This document shows, piece after piece, positions 28,260 through 37,697 of a stretch of DNA of 64,000 bases; position 1 is the first letter of the stretch; the number at the start of each line of letters is the position of its first letter. A program made the translations under genes and the position numbers. This DNA is from an uncultured Acidobacteriota bacterium (lineage in GTDB: Bacteria > Acidobacteriota > Thermoanaerobaculia > UBA5066), in NCBI GenBank assembly GCA_903845115.1, contig CAIMWE010000025.1, positions 26,751 to 90,750 on the forward strand, read 5' to 3'. The notes beneath the pieces were generated by a model that was not told where the DNA came from, made no database searches, and was given only the letters and a program-made list of their open reading frames with translations.

Positions 28260-29141
28260 ATGACCGCCAATCTCGAGATCGTCCGCTCCTCCGCCAGCAC
28301 GTGGGGAGGGGCCTCCGGCCTCCGCTCCCTCCCGGTCGTCTCCAAGTACATCGACACCTCCATCTGCATCGGCTGCAAGTCGTGCGAGGTCTCCTGCGCG
28401 GAATGGAACGACCTCCCTCCCGTCAAGACCGTGCAGACCGGCACCTACCAGACGATGCCGGAGACCCACGCCGCGTTCTGGAACCTGATCAAGTTCCGGG
28501 AGCAGGAGCACGAAGGGGGCTTCGCCTGGCTCTTCCGGAAGGACCAGTGCATGCACTGCTCCGACCCGGGGTGCCTCACGGCCTGCCCGGCACCCGGCGC
28601 GATCGTCCAGTACGCCAACGGCATCGTCGACGTCAATGCCGATCAGTGCATCGGCTGCGGCTACTGCGCGACCGGGTGTCCCTTCGACATCCCGAAGTTC
28701 CACGAGAAGACGGCGAAGATGCAGAAGTGCACACTCTGCGTCGACCGGAGCCGCCTCGGCCTGGAGCCGGCCTGCGTCAAGAGCTGCCCGTCCGGCTGCC
28801 TCCACTACGGGACGAAGGAGGACATGCTCCTCCTCGCGGCCCAGCGGGTCGCCCATCTGAAGAAGACCGGCTTCGCCGAGGCCGCCCTCTACGACCCGCC
28901 GGGGGTCGGAGGGACGACGGTGGTCACGGTCCTCGCCTTCGGGAACCACCCGGAGTGGTACGGCCTCCCGAAGGACCCGTCCATCCCGTGGACCGTCAAG
29001 CTCTGGAAGAACGTCCTCCGGCCGTTCGGCTTCATCGCGATCGTCGGGGCGATCATCGGCGCGTTCGGACACCATCTCTACCATGGCAACAAGGGGCACA
29101 TCGACCCGGCGCCCCTCGACGACGAGCCGCCGCAGGCGTGA
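28260..29141 (+). CDS. fdnH: Formate dehydrogenase-N beta subunit (4x[4Fe-4S], C-terminal TM anchor)
   Basis: CIGCKSCEVSC, CMHCSDPGCLTACP, CIGCGYCATGCP and CTLCVDR...CVKSCP motifs, plus the C-terminal helix FGFIAIVGAIIGAFGHHLY. Confidence 0.9.
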   Translation: MTANLEIVRSSASTWGGASGLRSLPVVSKYIDTSICIGCKSCEVSCAEWNDLPPVKTVQTGTYQTMPETHAAFWNLIKFREQEHEGGFAWLFRKDQCMHCSDPGCLTACPAPGAIVQYANGIVDVNADQCIGCGYCATGCPFDIPKFHEKTAKMQKCTLCVDRSRLGLEPACVKSCPSGCLHYGTKEDMLLLAAQRVAHLKKTGFAEAALYDPPGVGGTTVVTVLAFGNHPEWYGLPKDPSIPWTVKLWKNVLRPFGFIAIVGAIIGAFGHHLYHGNKGHIDPAPLDDEPPQA

Positions 29142-29154
29142 GCGGGAGGAAACG

Positions 29155-29844
29155 ATGAGCAGCGTTCGTCACCAGATCGGCCTCGACGTCGGAGCCCTCG
29201 AGGCCCGCGACACGGAGGACGTCGTCGTCGGCAAGGAGATCATCCGCCACCGCCTCTCGTCGCGGGTCATCCACTGGCTGGTCGCCGACTTCTTCCTCCT
29301 CTGCGCCGCCACCGGCCTCCCGGTCTTCTCCCCCGTGTTCGGCTGGCTCGGCAGCCTCTTCGGGGGCCTGGCCGTCTGCCGGGTCGTCCACCCGCTCGCC
29401 GGCCTCGCCTTCTTCGCCTCGGCGGCCGTCATGTTCCGCCACTGGAGCCAGGAGATGGAGATGACCGCCCAGGAGCGCGGATGGGTCGGCCCGAAGCTCC
29501 TCGAGTACCTGCGCGACGAGGCGAATCACGACCAGATCGGCAAGTACAACGGCGGACAGAAGGTCTTCTTCTACACCGCCGCCCTCGCGGCGCTCGGCTT
29601 CCTGGGCTCCGGCGTCGTCCTCTGGTTCCCCCTGACGTTCCCGGGGGTCCTGCGCCAGATCGCGATCCTGCTGCACAACCTGACGTTCATCGCCTTTTTC
29701 ACCTCGATCGTCTTCCACGTCTACCTGGCCACCATCGCGGAGCCCGGCACCTTCAACGCGATGACCCGCGGCACCGTCTCGAAGGCTTGGGCGCGGATCC
29801 ACCACCCGAAGTGGTACCGGGAGCTGACGGGCTCCGGGAAGTAG
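29155..29844 (+). CDS. fdnI: Formate dehydrogenase-N gamma subunit (cytochrome b556)
   Basis: GGGAGGA RBS precedes ATG 29155 (MSSVRHQIGLD). Four TM helices with conserved His (RVIHWL, VVHPLAG, LLHNL, VFHVY). Confidence 0.8.
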   Translation: MSSVRHQIGLDVGALEARDTEDVVVGKEIIRHRLSSRVIHWLVADFFLLCAATGLPVFSPVFGWLGSLFGGLAVCRVVHPLAGLAFFASAAVMFRHWSQEMEMTAQERGWVGPKLLEYLRDEANHDQIGKYNGGQKVFFYTAALAALGFLGSGVVLWFPLTFPGVLRQIAILLHNLTFIAFFTSIVFHVYLATIAEPGTFNAMTRGTVSKAWARIHHPKWYRELTGSGK

Positions 29845-30636
29845 GTGACAGTCGAGGAGCGGTTCGCCCGGCGCGCCGCACGCGCCGGCGAGCTCGGGAA
29901 AGGGAACGGGGCCGCCGCGGACCTCCTGGGATTCGCGGCGGCCCTCCTCTCCGCGCAGGGGCGGCTCGGCGCCGCCTTCAGCTCGCTCCACGCCCTGGAG
30001 CCTCTCGTCGGAGGGCTTCCGGAGGACCTCGACCGGTTGATGCCGAGCCTCTCGCCGTTTCTCGAGCTCGTGGCGAGGAAGGCCCCCGACGAGCTGGCCG
30101 CCGAAGCGTCCCGCCGGGCAGCCGAGCCGGCCGCCGGCGCGAGGACGAGGCTCCTCGGCTGGTGGTCCCGCGAGGGAGAGAGCACAGAGGACTATCTTTC
30201 CCGGGCGTTCCTCCGTCCCTACCTCGAGCTCCTTGGGGCCTCGGGACTGACCGCCTCTCGGCCGCGGGCCGTCGGCGGGTGCCCGGCCTGCTCGGGACCG
30301 CCGGCACTCTCGGTCCGGCGGCCGGAGCCGGAGAGCCAGGCCGGGCGCCGGTTCCTCCTCTGCGCTCACTGCGGAGAGGAGTGGCCGTTCGCGAGGATCA
30401 GCTGCCCCTCCTGCTCCGAGGAGGAGCCGGACCGGCTCCCCTCCTTCCAGGCAGCGCAGCACCCGGGCGTGAGGATCGAGGCGTGCGAGAGCTGTCACCG
30501 CTACCTGAAGTCGATCGACCTGACGCTCGACGCCCGGCCGGTCCCCGAAGTGGACGACCTGGTCTCGGTCGTCCTCGACCTCTGGGCTCAGGAACAGGGG
30601 TTCACGCGGATCGAGCCGGGGATCGCGGGCCTCTGA
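29845..30636 (+). CDS. fdhE: Formate dehydrogenase accessory protein FdhE
   Basis: GTG start immediately after the fdnI TAG. Four CxxC pairs (CPACS...CAHCG...CPSCS...CESCH) typical of FdhE. Confidence 0.85.
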   Translation: MTVEERFARRAARAGELGKGNGAAADLLGFAAALLSAQGRLGAAFSSLHALEPLVGGLPEDLDRLMPSLSPFLELVARKAPDELAAEASRRAAEPAAGARTRLLGWWSREGESTEDYLSRAFLRPYLELLGASGLTASRPRAVGGCPACSGPPALSVRRPEPESQAGRRFLLCAHCGEEWPFARISCPSCSEEEPDRLPSFQAAQHPGVRIEACESCHRYLKSIDLTLDARPVPEVDDLVSVVLDLWAQEQGFTRIEPGIAGL

Positions 30637-30655
30637 CCGGCGAAGGAACTCCAGC

Positions 30656-33600
30656 CTAGCGTGGCAGGGGCGGGCTACCCTCCGCTCCCCGCTTCGCCAG
30701 GACGAACTTCTGGATCGCCAGGGCGACGAGCGCGAGCGCCAGGGCCAGCCCGACGAACGAGGCGACCCGGGAGAGCCCTTCGAGATGCGCGAGGTCGTGG
30801 AGGAAGGCCTTCAGGATCGTGACGACGAGGAGGCCGATCGCCGCGATCCGCGCGGCGAAACTCCGGAGGAAGACCCCCGCGAACAGGAGCGCAAGGGCGA
30901 AGAGCGCCCACGCGAGCGTGTAGGTGAGGTCCTCCGCCTGGGTGCGTCCGGCCCAGTGGACGCCGATGGTGCGGCCGGTGGCGAAGAGGTCGGCGACCTC
31001 GAGATTGACCAGGACGAAGAGGAGCACGGTCCCCATCGCCGGGAGCACCCTCGAGGCCCGGAGTCCCCCGAGGTCGAGGAGGTCTTCCGTCGGCCTCAGG
31101 AACCACGCCGCGGCGAAATGGGCGGCGGCCGCGACGCCATAGGCGTAGAGGAGCCAGTTCACGATCGGCGTGCCGCTCCGCGGGTGGTACTCGAGGACCC
31201 CCGGGTTGAGGACGAGCCGGACGAACGCGGCGAGGAGGAGCCCGCTCGAGGCGGCGAGCAGCCCCCGGTGCGGAATCCGCCCGAACAGCCAGGCGAGGGC
31301 CGCTCCCTCGAGCGCCCAGCCCAGCGTGACCCACTCCCGGTCCAGCTGGAGGGGCACGGCGACGGTGACGAACGCGAGGAGAGCTCCCGCCACGAGCGCG
31401 AGCCGGCCCGGGTCCCGGTCGGCGGGGGTCTCGAGACGGAGGAGCCGGACGAGGAGGAGCCCGAGGAGCGCCGCCTGGAAGAGCGGGAGGAGACCGATCG
31501 CCGGAGAGTGCCCCGTCGCGACCAGGCCTCGCCACGCGATGAAAAAGAACGCGACGCTCGCCAGGACGGCGCCGAGGAAAGGTTGAAGGAGTTTTTCCGC
31601 CCGTCTGCCGAGGAGGAGCGGACTGGCGAGATACACCGCGTAGACCGCCGCCGCGAAGAGGAGCCGGCCGTTCCAGCTCTCCTCCGGCCGGGCGGCCGTC
31701 CATGTCCAGGCCGCGAAGAAAGCCGGGGTCAGGACGACGAGCGGGATCGCGTGCCTCCCCGTTCGCCACGAAAGGCCGGTCGCCGCGACGAGGAGGGCCA
31801 GGTGGGCGGGGACGAGGATCCCGAGCGGCAGCGTTCCCGGCACGTGCCCGGCGGCGACGATCGCCACGAGCTGCGCCAGGACGATCGAGAGGACCGCCGC
31901 CGTGCCGAACGCCGTGGTCGTCTGCTCCGGTCCCGTCCGTCCCCGGCGCTCGGCGAGCGCGTGGGCGACCAGGCCGACGGCGGCCAGGACGAGAGCGGCC
32001 GCGACCGACTCGCGCGACCAGCGGCGGTCCCGGCTGGCCCCTTCGAAGACGAGGAGGACGAGGCCCGCCATCAGGAGATTGGCGGCCTGGAGCGCCCCCT
32101 CGCGGAGGAGGAGCGCGGCGCCGGCGATCAGGGTCGTCAGGCCGAGCAGGACGCCGAGCACCAGGAGGTGATCCGCGACTCCCTCGTCGAAGAGCGAGAG
32201 GGGCGCCAGGGCCAGGAGGAGGAGAGGCGCCGCGAAGGAGGCCGTCAGCCACTCCCGGGCGGGGGTTTCCTCCCTGCGCGCGGCCAGCAAAGGGGCCGCA
32301 CCGAAGAAGAGGACGAAGAGGGCCAGGAAGGCGAGGACCGAAGGCCAGGCGGCCGGACTCCACGACAGGCCGATCCAGACCGCGAAGACGAAGAGGGTCG
32401 AGCCGGCGCCCGCGAGGTGGAGGAGACGGGGACCGCGCCAGAGAGCGACGGCGAAGAGCCCGGCGTCCACGACGAAGAGGAAGCCGAAGAGGAGACCGAA
32501 GTGGCTCCCGTAAGCCGGGACGGCGGCCAGGTAGAGAGCGAAGGCGAGCGGGACGAGCGCGCTCATCGCCACGGACCTGGCGAAGGCGGCGCCCAGCCCG
32601 TCTCCCTCGTCCCTCGCGGCCCGAGCCGCCGTGGCGGCCGCGAGCAGCGGAAAGGCGAGGAAGACCCCCGCGGCGAACGGAAGCTGGCCGGCCGACAGGA
32701 ACTGGCCGACCCAGGCCCACTGGTAGATCGTCGTCAGGACCACGCTGAGGAGCGAGAGGACGGGCCATCGCTTCCGGCAGGCGACCCAGGCGAGCCCCCC
32801 GTTCAGGAGCAGCAGGTAGCCGAAGAGCCCCACCGGATGGTCCTCGCCGGTCGAGAGGAGGGCCGGCGTGGCGAACCCGCCGACCAGCCCGAGGAGAGCG
32901 ATGAAGAGCGAGTCGCGGCGGATCGAGAGGATGACGGCCACGGCGGCGATCAGCGCGAGGGAGAGGAAGGCCCCGGCCACCGGGATCAGCTTCCAGACCA
33001 CGTGCCCCGCGAAGACCGTGGAGAAGAGGATCGCGACGCCCGCCCCGTCCAGGGCGTTGGCCGTCACGGCATACCGCCGAGCTGCCTTCAACTCGCAGAC
33101 CCCGAGGAGGGCCGCCCCGACCGCCAGGCCGATCCCCATCCGGACCGGCGCCGCCAGCCATCCGCGCTGGATCGAGTAGTTGAGGAAGTAGAGAGCCCCC
33201 ATCACCAGGAAGATCCCGGCGAGCCAGGAGAAGAGCTTCACCCCGACGAGGCCCTCCCAGTCGAACGCGGTTTTCGGCGCGGGGGGAACGGGAACGGGGG
33301 CTGGCCGGAGCGCCGCGGAAGCAGGAAGCGGCGGAACGGGGAGCGGGGACGCCGGGACGCCGGGAGGACCGGGCCGGGGGACGAGGTTCGCCGGCGGCGG
33401 CGGCGGAGCCGGGGCCGGGGCCGGCACCGGCGGGGGAACCGGGATCCGGTCCGTCGTCTCCTCCTGGATCGGCATGGGGGGAGCGGCGGGGGACGTCCCC
33501 CGCCGGGAAAGAACCCTTCCCTCCAGCCGCTCGAACGACCTTCTCAGCTCATCCAGCCGGCGGTCCAGCTCATCGATCCGGCGCCTGACCCCCAGCGCCA

Positions 33601-33664
33601 CGGTGAGCGCGGAGACCGCGATCGCCAGGAAGGCCGCCCCGGCCAGCAGAACCGGGATCTCCAT
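30656..33664 (-). CDS. DUF2339-type large polytopic membrane protein (N-terminal coiled coil, Pro-rich linker, >25 TM helices)
   Basis: MEIPVLLAGAAFLAIAVSALTV... then RRRIDELDRRLDELRRSFERLEGRV, a PPVPAPAPAPPPPP tract, and a very long run of hydrophobic helices. 1002 aa. Confidence 0.55.
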   Translation of the reverse strand: MEIPVLLAGAAFLAIAVSALTVALGVRRRIDELDRRLDELRRSFERLEGRVLSRRGTSPAAPPMPIQEETTDRIPVPPPVPAPAPAPPPPPANLVPRPGPPGVPASPLPVPPLPASAALRPAPVPVPPAPKTAFDWEGLVGVKLFSWLAGIFLVMGALYFLNYSIQRGWLAAPVRMGIGLAVGAALLGVCELKAARRYAVTANALDGAGVAILFSTVFAGHVVWKLIPVAGAFLSLALIAAVAVILSIRRDSLFIALLGLVGGFATPALLSTGEDHPVGLFGYLLLLNGGLAWVACRKRWPVLSLLSVVLTTIYQWAWVGQFLSAGQLPFAAGVFLAFPLLAAATAARAARDEGDGLGAAFARSVAMSALVPLAFALYLAAVPAYGSHFGLLFGFLFVVDAGLFAVALWRGPRLLHLAGAGSTLFVFAVWIGLSWSPAAWPSVLAFLALFVLFFGAAPLLAARREETPAREWLTASFAAPLLLLALAPLSLFDEGVADHLLVLGVLLGLTTLIAGAALLLREGALQAANLLMAGLVLLVFEGASRDRRWSRESVAAALVLAAVGLVAHALAERRGRTGPEQTTTAFGTAAVLSIVLAQLVAIVAAGHVPGTLPLGILVPAHLALLVAATGLSWRTGRHAIPLVVLTPAFFAAWTWTAARPEESWNGRLLFAAAVYAVYLASPLLLGRRAEKLLQPFLGAVLASVAFFFIAWRGLVATGHSPAIGLLPLFQAALLGLLLVRLLRLETPADRDPGRLALVAGALLAFVTVAVPLQLDREWVTLGWALEGAALAWLFGRIPHRGLLAASSGLLLAAFVRLVLNPGVLEYHPRSGTPIVNWLLYAYGVAAAAHFAAAWFLRPTEDLLDLGGLRASRVLPAMGTVLLFVLVNLEVADLFATGRTIGVHWAGRTQAEDLTYTLAWALFALALLFAGVFLRSFAARIAAIGLLVVTILKAFLHDLAHLEGLSRVASFVGLALALALVALAIQKFVLAKRGAEGSPPLPR

Positions 33665-33736
33665 CCGTCGCCTCCCGTCCGCGTCGCGCTCGATTCTACG
33701 GGCCCGGCGCCGGCAGCGGGGACATCCCGCCGGGGG

Positions 33737-34678
33737 TCAGCGTTCCCGGCCGTCGAGCCCCTGGTCGTTCCAGGAGGCGGGGTCCTCGAAGGGCTCCAGG
33801 TGGGTGAGGACCGTGGCGTGAGGGATCGCGGCGCCCACGGCCACCTCGATCTCCTCGCAGAGGTCGTGCCCCTTCTGGACGGTCCAGACCCCGGGGACCA
33901 GGACGTGCATCTCGAGGAAGCGCCGGCGGCCGGCGACACGGGTCCGGACCGCGTGGATCATCACGCCGCGGTCCCGGTACGACTCCAGGACCGCGTTCAC
34001 TTTCGCCCGGTCCTCGGTGGAGATGGCCGAGTCGAGGAGGCCGTGGCCGGTCTCCAGGAGGAGCTTCGCGGCGGTCCAGACGATGTTCGTCGCGACGATC
34101 AGCGCGACGATCGGGTCGACGAGGAGCCAGCCCGTCATCTTCACGAGGACGACGCCGACGAGGACGCCGCCCGAGGTCCAGACGTCGGTGAAGAGGTGGT
34201 GGGCGTCGGCCCGGAGCGTGATGGACGAGAGCCGCTTTCCCGCCCTGAGGAGGATCAGGGCCACGCCGCCGTTGATCCCGGCCGCGACCAGGGAGATTCC
34301 GAGGCCCGCCCAGACGTTCGTGAGCGGCTGCGGATCCTGGATCCGGCCCCAGGCCGCGATCGCGATGCTGATCGCCGCCCCCAGGATCGCGAGCCCCTCG
34401 AACCCGCTGGCGAAGTACTCCGCCTTGGAGTGTCCGAAGGCGTGCTCCTCGTCGGCCGGCTGCTTCGCGACCGTGAGCGCCCAGAGGGCGACGATCGCCG
34501 CGAGGAGGTTGACGATCGACTCGACGGCGTCCGAGAGGAGGCCGACCGACCCGGTCAGGGCGTAGGCGCCGAACTTCAGGGCGAGCGTCGTGAGACCGGC
34601 GGCGATCGAGAGCCGGGCGTACGCCGTCGCGGGAGGAGCGGAGGCCGGCGAGGGGCCGTGGACAGCGGTCGCGGACAC
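33737..34678 (-). CDS. Cation diffusion facilitator (CDF) family divalent metal efflux transporter
   Basis: Six TM helices plus a C-terminal cytoplasmic domain. Conserved HxxxD-type metal site motifs (DAVESIVN, HHLFTDVWTS). Confidence 0.8.
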   Translation of the reverse strand: MSATAVHGPSPASAPPATAYARLSIAAGLTTLALKFGAYALTGSVGLLSDAVESIVNLLAAIVALWALTVAKQPADEEHAFGHSKAEYFASGFEGLAILGAAISIAIAAWGRIQDPQPLTNVWAGLGISLVAAGINGGVALILLRAGKRLSSITLRADAHHLFTDVWTSGGVLVGVVLVKMTGWLLVDPIVALIVATNIVWTAAKLLLETGHGLLDSAISTEDRAKVNAVLESYRDRGVMIHAVRTRVAGRRRFLEMHVLVPGVWTVQKGHDLCEEIEVAVGAAIPHATVLTHLEPFEDPASWNDQGLDGRER

Positions 34679-34707
34679 GACCCATCAAGCTAGCATGAGA
34701 CCTTCTC

Positions 34708-35124
34708 TCACTCCGTCGGCCGGTTCGACGACGCCCGGTAGTTCCGGATGACCGGCGTCGCCGCGGCCACCGCCGCCGCGGAGACCGCCGTCAGGAGGTA
34801 GAGCCAGCCCTTCGTCTCCGCGTGGAAGAACGTCAGCCCCGAGAGGGCGACCGCCGCCAGCGTCATCGCGCTCCGCGAGACGAGGAGGACGTTCCGCCGG
34901 TCGCGGCGGTCGGCCACCACGCCGCCCCAGAGGGAGAAGACGATCACCGGGACGACCCGGACGAGGCCCAGCAGGCCGATCGCCAGGGGCGACCCGGTGA
35001 GCAGGTAGACCTGCCAGTTGATGGCCACGACCTGCATCTGGGAGCCGGTCTAGGAGACGAGCTGGGCTCCCCAGAACCTTCGGAAGTCCTGGAACTTCAG
35101 GGCGTGGTACGGACGGTGGCTCAT
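34708..35124 (-). pseudogene. MFS transporter (EntS/enterobactin-exporter-like) fragment with in-frame TAG and 3' truncation
   Basis: Translation from ATG 35124 gives MSHRPYHALKFQDFRRFWGAQLVS-TAG(35052-35050)-TGSQMQVVAINWQVYLLTGSPLAIGLLG... It is the canonical MFS N-terminus but interrupted by a stop. The reading frame ends after about 3 TM helices at 34708, with the CDF gene starting at 34678. Confidence 0.55.
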
Positions 35125-35176
35125 CTGTTGCCGGCCGCGCCGACGGCGGCCGCCTCATGGCCGCGGTCCGGACCGG

Positions 35177-35386
35177 TCAGGCGCGATCGACCTTGAACCC
35201 GATCTTGATCGTCACCTGGAACTCGGCGACCGCGCCGTCCTGGATCCGGCCGCGCTGCTCCACGACCTCGAACCACGACATGTTGCGGATGGTCTTCGAG
35301 GCCTCCGCGACAGCGCTCTTCACCGCTTCCGAGAAACTGACCGTGGAGGTCCCCACGACCTCGACTTTCTTGTACAGATTGCTCAT
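35177..35386 (-). CDS. Dodecin (flavin-binding dodecameric protein), 69 aa
   Basis: MSNLYKKVEVVGTSTVSFSEAVKSAVAEASKTIRNMSWFEVVEQRGRIQDGAVAEFQVTIKIGFKV matches the dodecin family consensus. AAGAGGAG RBS sits 6 nt before ATG 35386. Confidence 0.75.
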   Translation of the reverse strand: MSNLYKKVEVVGTSTVSFSEAVKSAVAEASKTIRNMSWFEVVEQRGRIQDGAVAEFQVTIKIGFKVDRA

Positions 35387-35494
35387 CGCCATCTCCTCTT
35401 TCTGAGATTTGGTATCGACTCCATCCTGATTGTAGTCCGGATGGCCCGGAATCCCTCCGGGCCGGTTTCTCGTAAACTCAATGGGGAGGGCTCC

Positions 35495-35749
35495 ATGAAG
35501 GTCCGGATCACCTACTGCACCGTCTGAAACTACCTGCCGAGGGCCGCGAGTCTCGCGGCCGAGCTAGAAACGCAGCTGGGTGCCGACTCCACCCTCGTCC
35601 CCGGCTCCGGCGGCGTCTTCGAAGTCGTCGTGGACGGCCGGAACGTCTTCTCGAAGAAGGAGGCCGGCCGGTTCCCGGAACCGGGCGAGATCTCGAAGAA
35701 GCTGGGGGAAAAACGGACCGGCGGCTCCCCCACCCATCAACATCACTAA
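35495..35749 (+). CDS. selW: SelW/Rdx-family selenoprotein (CxxU motif; in-frame TGA at 35525-35527). The ORF track misses it.
   Basis: GGGGAGGG RBS precedes ATG 35495. MKVRITYCTV-U-NYLPRAASLAAELETQLGADSTLVPGSGGVFEVVVDGRNVFSKKEAGRFPEPGEISKKL... fits the Rdx fold pattern (IxYCxxU ... GxFEVxVxGxxVxSK...GxFP). Stop is TAA at 35747. Track ORF 35580..35888 is an overlapping alternate frame. Confidence 0.7.
35542..35560 (+). promoter_or_regulatory. SECIS-like hairpin 14 nt downstream of the selW UGA
   Basis: ggccgcgag-t-ctcgcggcc is a perfect 9-bp inverted repeat (apical loop AGUCU if the top pair opens), immediately 3' of the in-frame TGA. Confidence 0.55.
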
Positions 35750-35761
35750 GGAGGAGAAACC

Positions 35762-36262
35762 ATGGAACGTACAGGCGTCATCACCTTCCTCGGCGGCCCC
35801 CTCACCCTCGTCGGACCGGAGATCCAGGTCGGGCAGAAGGCCCCCGACTTCACCGTCCTGGACAACGGTCTCGCGCCGAAGTCTCTGAAGGACTTCGCCG
35901 GCAAGACGGTCGTCATCAGCGTCACTCCGTCGCTCGACACGCCCGTCTGCGACGCCCAGCTCCGGAAGTTCAACGACTCCGCGACCAAGCTCGCCAGCGA
36001 CGTCGTCGTGCTGAACGTCAGCATGGACCTGCCGTTCGCCAACAAGCGCTTCTGCTCCGTCGCCGGGATCGAGAAGGCGGTCACGCTGAGCGACCACAGG
36101 GACGCCTCGTTCGGGACGGCCTACGGGGTCCTGATCAAGGAGCTGCGGCTCCTCGCCCGTTCGATCTTCGTCGTCGGCAAGGACGGCATCGTCAAGTACT
36201 CCGAGATCGTCCCCGAGGTCACCCACAACCCGTCCTTCGACAAGGCCCTCGCCGCCATCTGA
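35762..36262 (+). CDS. tpx: Thiol peroxidase Tpx (atypical 2-Cys peroxiredoxin)
   Basis: AAGGAGGAG RBS precedes ATG 35762. The peroxidatic Cys lies in SVTPSLDTPVCDAQ and the resolving Cys in FCSVAG. Length 166 aa. Confidence 0.9.
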   Translation: MERTGVITFLGGPLTLVGPEIQVGQKAPDFTVLDNGLAPKSLKDFAGKTVVISVTPSLDTPVCDAQLRKFNDSATKLASDVVVLNVSMDLPFANKRFCSVAGIEKAVTLSDHRDASFGTAYGVLIKELRLLARSIFVVGKDGIVKYSEIVPEVTHNPSFDKALAAI

Positions 36263-36325
36263 GGCGCTTCGCGCCTCACGGGAGCGGCTTCCTCCAGCGA
36301 GGGGAACCCTGCGCGGGTTCCCCTC
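36261..36325. terminator. Tandem GC-rich hairpins between convergent tpx (+) and fadL-like (-) genes; likely bidirectional terminator
   Basis: gaggcgc-ttc-gcgcctc (36261-36277) directly after the tpx TGA. Then gaggggaaccc-tgcgc-gggttcccctc (36299-36325), a perfect 11-bp stem. Confidence 0.45.
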
Positions 36326-36401
36326 GCCGCCTCGCGGCCCTCCCCTCCGCGGAACGAGGGCTCGACGGACGCCGCCGGTCAGCTGGCGGCGGATCGTCCG
36401 C

Positions 36402-37670
36402 CTAGAACCCGAAGGACCAGCCGAGCTCGAAGTCCCACTGGTCCATCGTCAGCGCGATCTTCTGCTGGCCGGGAGCCTCCAGCGGGTTCGCCCCCGTGAT
36501 CGTGTTGGAGAGGCCCCGGATGATCGAGAGGTTCAGCTTGTTCCCCTTCGACACCAGGTACGACCCGCCGAGCGTCACGTGCTGCTCGATGACGCCGGGG
36601 GCCAGGATGTTCATGAAGACCTCGGACCCCGGGACCGGCTGCTTGCCCGTGGCGAAGCCGGCCCGCAGGGTGAGCTCGTCCGTGGCCTTCCACTCGAGGC
36701 CGAACTTGTAGACCGTCATGTTCTTCCAGCCGAAGCCCGCGCCGTTGTCGGCACCGAGGGGGGCCTGCATCAGGTTCGGCAGCATCGGGTTCCCGACGGA
36801 GGCTTCCTGCGAGAAGTAGATCTCCTGGACGTCCACGGCGAAGGTGATCTTGTCGGTCGGGTGGAGAGCGATCCCCACGGTCCAGTTCGCCGGGTCGTCG
36901 AAGTATCCGTGCTCGGCGAAGAGGCCCGCGTATTCCTTCAGCTTTCCGTAGGCGACCTCCGTCTGGTACGAGGCGCCGACCGTTAGCCACGGGGTCCACT
37001 TCCCCAGGTAGCCGATCCGGCCGCCGAACCCGAAGGAGGTCGCGTAGCCGTTCCCCGTCAGCTTCGTCGGGTCGGACGAGTAGCCGCCGAACGCCTCGAG
37101 ACCGTAGGCCTTGAACCGCTGCCAGGAGACCATCGGGCTGATGCCGACCGAGTGGTTCTCCCCGAACTTGTGGGCCCACGTCCCCACGACGTAGAACTTG
37201 CCCATGTCGACGCCGACCGGCTTCGACCCGTAGAAGATCGGCGAGTCGTACGTCGTGTTCATCCCGCCGTTACCGTAGATCGAGACGCCGATCGAGTCGT
37301 TCTTCCCCACCATCCAGTTCGCGCCCAGGTTCGGGACCAGGAAGACGCTCGTGTCGCTCTTGGTGGTGCCGGGGGTGAGGCCGAACGTCTTGTCGTAGCC
37401 CGACGGGTTCCCGGTCACCGTGAGCTCGCGGTTCGGGTTGAAGAGCGCGAGGCCAAGGTCGTACTCGCACCCGACGAAGACCATCGACGCCGGGTTCGTC
37501 GCCGCCGAGAGCGCGCTCCCCGGGACCGCGACACCGGTGCCGCCCATCCCCTTCGAGACCGTCCCGTAGCCCAGCATGAAGTACCCGTCCGTTGCCGTCG
37601 CGACGTTCGAAGCGACCGCGATCAGGCAAACCACCAGCGCTGCGGCGAAAGCCGTCCTGTTCCTGTTCAT
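36402..37670 (-). CDS. Outer-membrane hydrophobic-compound channel, FadL/TodX/OMPP1 family
   Basis: Signal peptide MNRNRTAFAAALVVCLIAVASNVATA, a 14-strand-barrel length (422 aa), and a C-terminus ending GWSFGF (aromatic beta-barrel signature). Confidence 0.8.
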   Translation of the reverse strand: MNRNRTAFAAALVVCLIAVASNVATATDGYFMLGYGTVSKGMGGTGVAVPGSALSAATNPASMVFVGCEYDLGLALFNPNRELTVTGNPSGYDKTFGLTPGTTKSDTSVFLVPNLGANWMVGKNDSIGVSIYGNGGMNTTYDSPIFYGSKPVGVDMGKFYVVGTWAHKFGENHSVGISPMVSWQRFKAYGLEAFGGYSSDPTKLTGNGYATSFGFGGRIGYLGKWTPWLTVGASYQTEVAYGKLKEYAGLFAEHGYFDDPANWTVGIALHPTDKITFAVDVQEIYFSQEASVGNPMLPNLMQAPLGADNGAGFGWKNMTVYKFGLEWKATDELTLRAGFATGKQPVPGSEVFMNILAPGVIEQHVTLGGSYLVSKGNKLNLSIIRGLSNTITGANPLEAPGQQKIALTMDQWDFELGWSFGF

Positions 37671-37697
37671 GACTCCTCCCTCTTTCTCAGCGGCCGC

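Noticed and set aside
35580-35888. Track ORF 102 aa (+) MPTPPSSPAPAASSKSS...
   Set aside because: It is the alternate frame over the selW-like gene. The frame starting at ATG 35495 with the TGA-encoded Sec gives a clean Rdx-family protein.
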